From Squalus acanthias (lineage: Eukaryota): DNA of 64,000 nt. The notes under the pieces are model-generated. The model was not told the DNA's origin. It saw only the letters and a program-made list of their open reading frames with translations, and did not search any database. Both the position numbers and the translations under genes were made by a program. The DNA is taken from assembly GCA_030390025.1 (NCBI GenBank), contig JASTWF010000035.1, positions 558,001-622,000 of the forward strand. The letters are read 5' to 3'. Below are positions 12,199-22,300 of this stretch, piece after piece. The stretch's first letter is position 1. The number at the start of each line of letters is the position of its first letter.

Positions 12199-13332
12199 CA
12201 ATAACTCGGCCAGCAGTGGTCCATGCTCCTCCCTTGAATCCGTAAATAGGAGCAAATCATCCACGTACTGCACTATCTGATTGGGCTGACTAAACTCCTT
12301 TAAACTTCCTGCCATACACTGATGGAAAATACTGGGGCTATTGTGGAAACCCTGTGGCAGACAGTTCCATGTGTACTGTTGTCCTTTGAAAGTAAAGGCA
12401 AACTTGTACTGGTCCTCTCGCCGCAGCGGGATGGACCAAAAACCGTTCGAGATATCCAGCACCGTGAACGTGGTCGCGGACGCTGGGATACTCCCTATTA
12501 GGTCAGCAACTGCTGCTACCGTGGGCGCGCAGGCGGGAATGTTACTGTTAAGGACTCTGTAGTCCACCGTGGCCCTCCACGAATTATCCGGCTTCCTAAC
12601 CGGCCATAATGGGGAGTTCACGTGTGTGGCTATCGGCCTCAACACGCCCTGCTGCACCAAGGAGGACATTGCTGTCTCCATATCGGGTTCTGCTTCTTTG
12701 GGGAAGTTATACTGTTTTTGGGGCCGGGTCATGGGGTCCCCATCTACGCTGACCTCAAACCCGGTAACCCTCCCACAATCGTGCTTGTGGGTTGCAAACG
12801 CGTGCATATTATCTGACACGTACGTTTGCATGTCCGTTGGGACATCCGCGACCATAAGCCCGAGATCGTAGCCTCCGGATGGCTTCATGGTACACAGGAC
12901 CCCTGTTTCTTCCTCCCCCGGAATTACCACTACCTCGCCTTTTTCACTCTTAGCCCCCCAGAGACAATGATTTCTGAGGTCCACGAGGATCCCGTGTCCT
13001 GATAGAAGATCGGACCCGAGGATACCTCTTCCACCTCCCTCCTGCCATTCCATCAATATGCACTTCCACTTGATGTGAAGTGCCCCCAAACGAATGGATA
13101 GCGGAAAGGAGAACGCGCCAGCCTGTTCTTTTCCCGTGAACCCCGCTAATGTGAATGGGACCTTGGTAGATAGCGGTGAGTCAAAAGGGCTATCTGTATG
13201 AATCACGGTGCAAGAAGCTCCCGTGTCCAACAAATAACTACCCTTCTGTTTCTCTACCTCCATCTCCACCAAGGGTCGCTTCCACGCATCATAGCTGAGC
13301 GGACACAGGTAGACGGGCTGCGCGGGCTCTAG
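12199..13332 (-). pseudogene. pol: ERV-A pol fragment (protease and RT, truncated just after YVDD)
   Basis: LLDTGAS, LPQGFHNSP, QYVDD; similarity to ERV-B pol stops at ~12199. Confidence 0.9.
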
Positions 13333-14571
13333 TCATTGGGTATGGTTAGACGGACCTGTGGCACCTACGGGGCCGGTAGCAACCGCCACTTTTCCATGCG
13401 CACTCATGAAGTTGCGCATGGCTCCCAACACTGATTCGAGGTCGTCGGGAGGGGTGGGTGCACTAGCTTCCCTAACAGAGACAGGCATCTGGGCTCGGGC
13501 TGCGGGATTTTTGTCCCTGGAATCCTTCCAAGGGTTCCTGCAGTTCTTGCGCCAGTGCCCTGTCCTCCCACACCCGTAACAAGCATTACTTGCCTGCGGG
13601 GCGCGGTTACCCTCCTGATGCCACTCCCTTTGAGCCGGGGCTGCGGGTCGTACCTCATGTACTTTTCCCTTAAGGGGACGTGTTCCCATACCCCTTATAT
13701 TGCGATATCCTATCGTGAGTCGATTCAAGACCGACTCTTCCGTAATGTTGGGGTCATTGGGATCAAACCACGCTTTTGCCTGCTCTCTGACGGCTGGTAA
13801 ACTGTTGGCTACTATGCACCTAAGCCAATGATTTAAACCGGCGCCGTCCACAGCGTCGCGCTCTGGCGCACCTGGACAGCTGCGCTGATATACTGGCCAC
13901 AGCCTGTCGGCAAAAACCTTCGGGGGTTCTCCCTCCATCTGCACTGTCTGTCCCACTCTAGCAAACGGACCTTCATCGTCCGCCCCCAACACTTCTAGGA
14001 CCTCATTTTTCAATGCCTCATAAGTCTTGGTTCCCCTCTTGCTCTCGTCCGAGAGACACTGAAGGATTGAACTGCCTAACGAAAATAACAGCATTTTTGC
14101 TGTTTCCCCATCATCGCAGCCGTTGATGGCTGCGGTTTGCTCAATTTCTCTGAAATGTACGGAAGGGTCGTCTGACTCGGTCAGCTTCCGTACGTGATTT
14201 ATCATAACTCTCAGCTGGTGTGAGCTGTGAGGCAACACAAGCTGGTTGAGGAGAACCCCTTCTTCCTCCCCGTTTCTGTTTGGGCCCCTTTTTATACCCG
14301 TAACCGGATACAACGGTCCCTTTTCCACTTCTCCCTCAGTGGGCTCTTTCGTTTCTTCTACTACTTCCTCCCTTACCCAGGTTTCCGAATAGCTGGGTGG
14401 CGCGGAGGGCGCAGTGGCTAATGCTTCCTTTGCTTTACTTGGTGGGGATTTCTGAAACTCCTCATTTACTAGCGGCTGGTGTGCTGACGGACTGATAAGG
14501 CACACCATGCCGTGCGCTTTGTTCACGGCCCTTTTAAGGTGCTCTATCTCCTGTTGGCAGGCGCTATGATC
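13333..14571 (-). pseudogene. gag: ERV-A gag, 3' part
   Basis: PSAPPSY and CYGCGRTGHWRKNC zinc knuckle; continues at 27431 beyond ERV-B. Confidence 0.9.
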
Positions 14572-16286
14572 TGTAAGGGATTCCTGACCCTGCGTGTCTC
14601 GCAGCCTGTGAGATTCACGCGGCTCTGTGCAGCCTGTATGTCAGTGCGGGTCTAGGCCTTGTTGCCTGTTCTGGTCTCCAGCCAGTCTGGGAACACTAGA
14701 CACACCTGTGAGTGGTTCGAATCACTCTCCCTTACGGTTCTAGACAATGGACTTAGATGCGAGAGCAGTAATGGAGATAAAACTCATGTAGACTTGGTTT
14801 GAATGGTACGAAATGGAAAATCTTTATTGCATGATACTTAAGATTATGAAATACATGTCATAAGCACAGATTAATGACAGTACAATCTTACAAACAGTTA
14901 TATAGTCGATCTTAGGGAAACGAGGAACGAACGGCACAAAATAAATAGGGGCACACATTACAAATATCCTTAATCCTTAAACCCTCCCCTATCAATATCT
15001 ATCCTAAACTAGATTCGTAGGATCTCGAGACTCATGCTCACCACTCGTGATAACTCGGAGAAATTCCGAATAGCTGATCGGATGTTTTTCACCGCAGCAC
15101 CCACGTGTCGGTCAGGAGATCTCCTGGTCCCACTTGTTTACTTGCTTCTGCTGCTCCGGCTAGCAGGCTGGACCGTCTGCTGTGATGAAGACCTGTGTTG
15201 GTTGGTTTAACAGGTACTCTTGGAGCACAGTTATCGATATCGTCGCTACGATATGTTTGCACGTTCCAGTTGCTTTGGGCACAGTCCAGTTATCATCGAT
15301 GCAATATGTTTCGTTATAAGTTCAAAAGAGAAATCTTCCTGGCGAGGAAAACTTGGCTAATCGACCTACAGGCGCGGTCGGGATTTACTGACCGTGGCGA
15401 TGGATATGGTCTTCCTCTCTTCTCATCTCATCTCATCTCATCTCATCTCATCTCGGGCCTTCGGTTCCGCTGCCAGTTACCAACATAGGTCTTCGTTACG
15501 CGACACGAGGTAGATCCGAACGGATCAGAAAGTTCAACAGTCTTTTTAGAAGAGGCAACAGGCAAGCAGAAGCCCAACTACGAGTACACAGGAGCAGCCA
15601 CGAGGTTACGAATCGACCGGATAAAAGCACAGGAGCAAGAGCAAGAGCAAGAGAGAGAATGGACGGTTTGGAGCCTGCAATTATAGTGCAAAATCTTCCG
15701 TTTCCCGCCCAACTATAATGTCCATTCTTTTGTTTAGGGTTTGGCGCCCAAATGTCTTGTATGGGTGATCTCCGTTCTTAATGGGTTTCGGGGCTACTCG
15801 TAAATGTCTGAGTACCTGTTAATATTTCTCCCATTGTTAAATCGGTCGGTGTTCTCCCTGGAGGGGTTTGGGGCTTCCAAGTGTCCTGTATAACTACCTG
15901 CTAACGGCTCTCTCATCGTAGAGTCGTTGGGATTTTACATATTAATGTCTTTTGGATGGGCCCTTGATTACTCGGTACAATGGCTTTCCTTTGTACCTGG
16001 GAGACCGATTTCAGTATCTATGTGTATACTGCAAACCCATAATGTCTCGTGTATTATCTTCACTGTGCTGAATCTTAATCGATCTTGCACAAATGTTTAT
16101 TGGAACGCCATCTTGTCTGCCTGTTGAAAAGTCTAGAATGTTCTGTCACGAGGTGCGGCGGCCATTTTACAGGCTGCTTGTGTCCACTTTAAACTTGCCA
16201 GCATTCTACTGAAATAAAAGCTGTTCGAACGAAACTTTGTGTTTTCTCCTTATTAATCAAAATCGCGATATATTGCGAATTCTACA
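14572..16286 (-). repeat. ERV-B 3' LTR
   Basis: Direct repeat of 25716-27430 at offset 11144; TG...CA ends. Confidence 0.95.
14823..14828 (-). terminator. Candidate polyadenylation signal AATAAA in the 3' LTR
   Basis: tttatt on + strand, conserved in all seven LTR copies, ~250 nt from the U5 end. Confidence 0.5.
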
Positions 16287-16298
16287 GTCCCTCCTGTT
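16287..16298 (-). other. Polypurine tract
   Basis: Minus strand AACAGGAGGGAC directly before the 3' LTR; same sequence at 35682, 53797 and 56889. Confidence 0.8.
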
Positions 16299-16738
16299 GA
16301 TGCGAATAACTCCGCTTATCGTATCAAAAATCATAGTGGTGAGCAATGTTATCTCGATTTCTCTCCGAATCCAGTAAATTAATCCCATAATTTTAACCTA
16401 GCTAGGGTCTCTGAGTCGTCCTCATTTCCCAAGAAAATTACATTTTATATCACCGTAGGCATTATTTGCCCTTAAACTTACACCACTTGTCTTCCTTCCC
16501 GGCGTAACCAGGCCGATGCCTCTCGTATCACCTGTATATTCATCTTTTATTCAGGGAAAGGAAAAACAAAACCCAAAACCAAACAATCATTTTTAACTAT
16601 AACACCATCACCAAAAATAAATCAACACCAACTCTTAAAACATGTCGAGTTCCCAACGTATTTACAATCTCTGAAAATCTTATATGAGTACAAACTTCCG
16701 CGGCGCACGCGGCGAGCGGGAGTGACGCCATTTTCCGA

Positions 16739-19090
16739 TTACACGGTGCTTTCATCGTGCACGCGCACGTAACGTTCTCGCCACTCTCCCGTGTTTTCAT
16801 GCTTGGTGAGGCGTTTGTCTCTTTTACAATGTACGACCAATAGGTACACTACAATAAACACTTGGCATACGACTAAAATGTGGGAGGCTATTCTGATCCA
16901 TGAAGGCACTTCAATATTAGTGAACAGATTCCACCACGGTGGAACTACTATATCCAGAATGTCTGTTCCTATTTCGACAGTTTTCTGCTCTAATGTGTAA
17001 AAGTGTTTCTGTGACACCGCGACGGCTTTTAAAAGCTTGGTGAGGTGTTCAGGGAGAGGGGGAATGAGGTATCCAAAATGCGCGACGAATCGCTGCAAGT
17101 CGGTGAAATTCTCTTTTACTGTGAGATGAACAGTGGATGGTTCAGGGATTGGGATAATTCGCTGTTGTGCTACTTGAACTTCCGCCCTGGGTTTAAAACA
17201 GAAACTGCTGTCACTCACCGGACACCGGCTACGGTTTCCATGCTGGTAGTGTTGCGCTGCAGTGGTAACACAATATGTTCCACCCCCGATGTATGCTACC
17301 TGCGGAGGCACATGATCTTGTGCCATTGCCTCCATGGTGCAATTCATGGACTTGGCGCCAGTCGTTCTGAACCCGCACTGTGGTGTTAAAAAGGCATTCA
17401 AGTGCTGGGGGCACAGTATTATGTGTGCTCCCCTGCCACGACAACCAGAGAGATCTGTACCTGTCATCGTTTGCTCCCAGCGGATGACGTAAGGTGGAAC
17501 CGCTGCATAACGAATGTGGGCTCCCCCCTGAATGACACCAATGTTCTCTACCCGATATACCGGGGCGGGCTTTGCTGTGTCGCCCAAAACCGGCATACGT
17601 AAAACTATACCCATAATGGTATGGTTTGATCGTCCGCAGTCCACGGGGACTGGGTATGCTTCTGAAGCTAGCCTGAGCTGGCACGGGCTTAATGCGTTCT
17701 GAAAAGGGTGGAGCGCCCGTAGATGTTTGTTACTTATCCAGGACGGAACCAAACCTTGTTTTAAATCCTCCAAATTACTGCGGCCCTCGCCCAGTAACCA
17801 CGCCCCGTAAAGCACGCACACCTCGTTCTGCGCAGCTTGATCGGATGCATTCCGATCTTCCCTAATCAGGGCATTTACCGTCTTTGCATGTTTCTCCAAC
17901 TCTGCTATAATTTCCTTTAAATGGAGGGTCATGGCTTGGTCCTCGTGTAGACCCGACCCTACCACTTTATTCTCATCTGTTAGAATGTCCTTTAATTGTG
18001 TCTTTAAACCATTAATCTGGGTCTGCAGCTCCACACTGTCTAGAGCGTTGACCACAGATGTACCTGTGTTAAAAGCAGTGAACGCATCGTTCACCAAACC
18101 CCTTCTTTGCCTCCCTACTTGATCCAAAACTTCCTGTGGCGCGGTGTACAAACTTGTTTTATCAATTTCCGCGAAATCGAATTCGTAAAATTGTCTGAAC
18201 ATCTTGGTCAACAGGACCTGGTACAACTGTTCCGTCTTTTTGGGGCACCACTCTGGTAACCGTACCTCAGTGAGATTTAAAATCACCGAGGCCACCGCGT
18301 AATGTACTCCCTGAAATAGTATCTGGTCTGTGGGGACCAGTACCAAACCATTCCCGGGTCCCTTACTAGTTTTAGGGCACCCTTCTTCCTCAGCTAGAAC
18401 CACCGGAATCGTGGGCGGGGCTTTGCGTGGGCGCGTAATGAGCTCAGTGGCATTTACTGGGATCGGGGAGAATGGGGCTCCGCACCCCCTGGTGCTCGCA
18501 TCCCACCTCATCCCCTGTCCGTTATCCTGCCATTGATTAATAAAAAATATGGAGATGCCTTTGGGGCAAACGTACTTTGACCCCCACATACATACATAAA
18601 TTCCCTCATCCGGTTCCCACCATTTGTCCCAACAGACTTTCACTTGTCCGTCTGTCCCCGTAATTGTCCGATGGGTATTATTACCCAGTCGTTCCCACTC
18701 GACCGAAGAGTTCCTCATAGTTTTGCTCAGCTTTCGCAGCCACCACCATCGGCTCAATGGGACCTTCCCACTACAAGTCAAACAAATCCGTTTGCCGACG
18801 GTGACGCTGATCCTGGGTGCGATGATCCTTACTTTGGGGCACAGTAAAGAAGTCTCTTTGTAGGCAAACCCCGACGTGCTGGAATACTCCGTTGAGTTCG
18901 TTCCCAGCCATCCTGGCCACCTTCCCTTGTGGAAATAGGTGCTGGTCTCCTCTGCCTCCCGTCTTCCGGTCCCATCCACCGCGATGGGGGCCGTGTCCCC
19001 GGAACATCCAAACACCACGACATCCTTGGTGCGGCCTCGATAGGCCAATCCACATCCGATTGCCACGAGCAATACTAGAATTCGTTCCAT
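16739..19090 (-). CDS. env: ERV-B Env, 783 aa: signal peptide, Ig-like domain, RQRR furin site, F-like fusion ectodomain, TM, short tail
   Basis: ATG at 19090 (MERILVLLVAIGCGLA); RQRR at 18101-18112 followed by a small-residue fusion peptide and heptad repeat; Cys-rich ectodomain; hydrophobic TM. Confidence 0.9.
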   Translation of the reverse strand: MERILVLLVAIGCGLAYRGRTKDVVVFGCSGDTAPIAVDGTGRREAEETSTYFHKGRWPGWLGTNSTEYSSTSGFAYKETSLLCPKVRIIAPRISVTVGKRICLTCSGKVPLSRWWWLRKLSKTMRNSSVEWERLGNNTHRTITGTDGQVKVCWDKWWEPDEGIYVCMWGSKYVCPKGISIFFINQWQDNGQGMRWDASTRGCGAPFSPIPVNATELITRPRKAPPTIPVVLAEEEGCPKTSKGPGNGLVLVPTDQILFQGVHYAVASVILNLTEVRLPEWCPKKTEQLYQVLLTKMFRQFYEFDFAEIDKTSLYTAPQEVLDQVGRQRRGLVNDAFTAFNTGTSVVNALDSVELQTQINGLKTQLKDILTDENKVVGSGLHEDQAMTLHLKEIIAELEKHAKTVNALIREDRNASDQAAQNEVCVLYGAWLLGEGRSNLEDLKQGLVPSWISNKHLRALHPFQNALSPCQLRLASEAYPVPVDCGRSNHTIMGIVLRMPVLGDTAKPAPVYRVENIGVIQGGAHIRYAAVPPYVIRWEQTMTGTDLSGCRGRGAHIILCPQHLNAFLTPQCGFRTTGAKSMNCTMEAMAQDHVPPQVAYIGGGTYCVTTAAQHYQHGNRSRCPVSDSSFCFKPRAEVQVAQQRIIPIPEPSTVHLTVKENFTDLQRFVAHFGYLIPPLPEHLTKLLKAVAVSQKHFYTLEQKTVEIGTDILDIVVPPWWNLFTNIEVPSWIRIASHILVVCQVFIVVYLLVVHCKRDKRLTKHENTGEWRERYVRVHDESTV

Positions 19091-19103
19091 CCTTCCTTGG
19101 TTC

Positions 19104-19127
19104 CTGTGATCAGATAGAATGAGGTAG
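19104..19127 (-). promoter_or_regulatory. Candidate env splice acceptor
   Basis: CTACCTCATTCTATCTGATCACAG/GAACC just upstream of the env ATG; identical in ERV-B, C and E. Confidence 0.5.
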
Positions 19128-19375
19128 CCAGCCTCGCAAGAGTCTCTGGCTTTTGTGAAGGGTGAGCGGGTCCCCTGACCTCGCCTCACGTAAACTTCAA
19201 CGTTCGCTGAATAAACTTCAACTAAACCTATCTTTAAAACTCCCATTATTTTATCGTTTTCTGTTAAAAACACTACAAACTTAACCTTATTAAAACTATA
19301 AACTTAACCTTGAACTATAAACTTAAAACTTAAAACTATAACTTTACAGTGCCGCCCGTTCTCAGGGCGGCCCCT

Positions 19376-22300
19376 TTAAATTCTGAGAAGGCTGCTGCGA
19401 GCTCTTCCCGACGGTGGGAGGGCACTGACCCTTCCCTCTGATCTGCCGCAGCCTGTTGCTGCGCTGACCCTTCCCTCTGATCTGCCGCAGCCTGTTACTG
19501 CTGCGATGTGGCCGGTCTGTACCTGGGTTATCTTAACCTTAAATTTTCGCCTTGGGGCAGTCTGGGGACATGACCACATCCTCCTGGGCTGGGGTTCTCT
19601 ACTTGACCTACGGGGAGTTGCTATGGGCGGGGGTTCCGTGACGGACGGACCGGGTTCCGAGACCTCCATCGGGATGACCTGGGGTTCCATCACAGTCGCC
19701 GGCTCCGCCTCCGCTGACTCCGCCTCCCTAACCTCGGGGCTGGCAGTTCGTGGCTCCGCCCTGCTCGGCCCAGCAGGCGGCCCTTCACTCGTGATCTCTG
19801 CCTCCCCTGAGGACTGGACGTTCAAAGCGGGCGGCCACATCTCTGGGAGCCACACCGGTACTCTCTGTGCTCCTATAGCGGCTGGCCCTGCCTCCTCTAG
19901 CTCCTCCCTCCTGTCCTCGGGACCTGCAGCTTGTGTGTCCACCCTGTGTGGATCTCTACCTACAGCCCCCATTCCCTCCAGACCGTTCCTCAGGAACCAC
20001 CCGTCATCATCACTATGCTCATCTGCACTATCCTCATCTGACCAGGGTACCCTGAATTCTTCCTCATCTAACCCCCAATTCCAGAAAAACGCTGCATGAT
20101 CGTCCGGGATGTCCCTTCCCCTGATGCAAGCTGCTATGCCTGCCTGTGTGCCTTGTGGTCCTACCTGGGGCTGTGCTTTCCCATTGGCGGGATTTACCCC
20201 TGTAGTTTTCCCCTGCGCACCTGGCTGGTACAGTTTGCATTGGTTTATGTGGAACCACTTAGTGCGCCGAGGTACTTTTACGGCGTAAACCATGGGACTC
20301 GCCTTGTCTACAATGTTGTAGGGTCCCATATACAGTGGTTCCAAACTCCCTACTCTGGCGTAGTTTCTGACCATGACCTGGTCTCCTACTTCCCACTCCC
20401 GCGTTTTGCGGGGTTCCAGCAACAAGCGATTGCGCTGATGCTGCCTTCCCATGTTCCCAGCCGCCTGCTCATAAACTTGCTTCAGGCGCTCCAAGAGAGT
20501 CTGGGCGAACTTGTCCCTGCTTATCTCTTGGAGCTGACCCTCAGTGAGCACCGGGGCTAGCACATGGGTGGGGGTTCGCATGAGCCTGCCGGTCATTACC
20601 TCGTGCGGGGAGTACCCCGTACTTTTTGACTGACTGGCCCGGACCCCCATGAGGACTAAAGGCAGAACTTCCGCCCATTTTTGGGGCGAGTTCCTAGTCT
20701 CTTTCCTCAATTTCTCCTTCAGGGTCCGGTTCATACGTTCAACAATCCCGGATGACTGGGGATTGTGTGCTACGTGCCACTTCCCTTCAATGCCCAAAAG
20801 CATGAGGGTGTTCTGCATCACCTGGCCGGTGAAATGACTACCTTGGTCTGACTCCACAAAACGGGGGAGTCCCCACCGTGAGAACACTTCCCGGACCAAG
20901 ATTTTTGCTGTACCCAGTGCCGTAGCTGTTCGACAAGGGAAGGCTTCCACCCACTTGGAAAACACATCCACCAGGACGAGGCAGTACTTATAACCTCCCT
21001 GGGTGGTGGGCAGGGGTCCTATATAGTCGATCTGTATCGACTGCCATGGTCCCTCTACCCTTCTTACGTGTCCCATGGGCACCTTCCTTTTCTGGGGGTC
21101 TGGGTTGTTTGCAGCGCACACAAGACAGTTTGCACAGAACTCACGGACTTGTTCCCTGAGCCCTGGCCACCATCCCGCTTGCTCTACCCGTTGCCAGGTA
21201 ACCTCGGGCCCGGGGTGCCCTGCCCCTGGTCCCTCGTGAGCCAACTGGAGGAATTCCCTCCTGTGCTGCTGCGGCACAACCCACTGCTCCTCGCGGAACA
21301 GCATGCCTTCCTTAACTGAGAGGGTTGCCGTACTGTACGGACCTTCTACCTGCCTCCCCTCAGCAATCGTTTTTAGGACTGCTTTTAGGGCGGGATCCTG
21401 GGCTTGGACGGTCTTAAGGTCTAGGGGCAATGCTACCCTGGGGTTCCCGGGATTCCCGTCCCCGCCTCGGACCGCTGCTATGGGTCCGGTCCTATAGGGG
21501 TTCCAGAAAGTGCCGTCGCGGGCACCCTCCCTGGCTAGCGCATCCGCCTGCCGGTTGCCCTCCCCACGGGGCTCTGTGGAGGAGTGAGCCTTCACCTTAT
21601 GGATGAAAATCTCTCCTTTCTCCCCTACTGCTGCTGCTAAGATCTTTTCCAGCAAGGGCTTCACCGTTAAAGGTCGCCCGTCCGCGGAGGTGTATCCGCG
21701 GCGGGACCAAATGGCCAGGTATTCCGTACACGAATTGCAGGTGAACATACTGTCCGAGCAAATCGTGTATGGGGTTGGGAAAATGTCTGGGTGGGTCACA
21801 ACGTACACCACGGCAGACAGCTCAGCCTGCTGCGCGCTCATGGTGCTAGGGAGCTTGATTGCCAGGGCAAGGTCTGCCGCAGGGTCATAAACTCCACACC
21901 CTGTGAGTCGCTCGCCAGCAGACACTGTGCTAGACCCATCAACATAAATCTCGCGCCCAGTGGGATGTATCCCGGCCCGTAAACCTATGTTGACGTCCCA
22001 TACCCCTTCCACCGAACACCGGTGGGCTGTACCGGGGTATACCAAATTGGCCGCAAGCCTTGGCTCGCAAAGACCTTTTACTCTAAGATCCAACTGGGAG
22101 AGAAGAAGGGTCCAACGCGCAATGCGTGCGCTGCTTACGGTCCCGTCTTTAATCCTCCCATCCAGAAGCATCTTAGTTGGTGTGTGATGTGTGAGGAGGG
22201 TGATGGGAGAGAGCCCTGTGAAGATCGCTGATCTTTTCACAGCCCAATGCGTGGCTAAAAGGTGCCTTTCGCAATTGGAGAAACTTCTCTCCACATCCGT

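Noticed and set aside
15195..16127. Short ORFs inside the LTR as accessory genes
   Set aside because: Not conserved in frame between LTR variants; one crosses the (ATCTC)n microsatellite
16597..16735. PBS-like GAAAATGGCGTC and small ORF MASLPLA after env
   Set aside because: No 18-nt tRNA match recognised and downstream indels shift the frame in C, D and E; may be a YY1-like site
17229..17684. 151-aa alternative-frame ORF inside env, open in four copies
   Set aside because: Non-ATG start, no motif, and the copies are too similar for openness to imply selection; a synonymous-constraint test would be needed
19091..19273. 61-aa N-terminal extension of Env (844-aa ORF call)
   Set aside because: GTG start, frame broken in ERV-C, lies before the acceptor-like site and the signal-peptide ATG
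19372..19382. TTTAAAG slippery site giving a pol-env fusion
   Set aside because: The heptamer is not in the required phase with the pol frame and stop-rich AT repeats follow
19506..20560. Antisense ORFs (197 and 154 aa) over the pol tail and integrase
   Set aside because: GC-rich shadow ORFs; the 197-aa one varies in start and length among B, C and E
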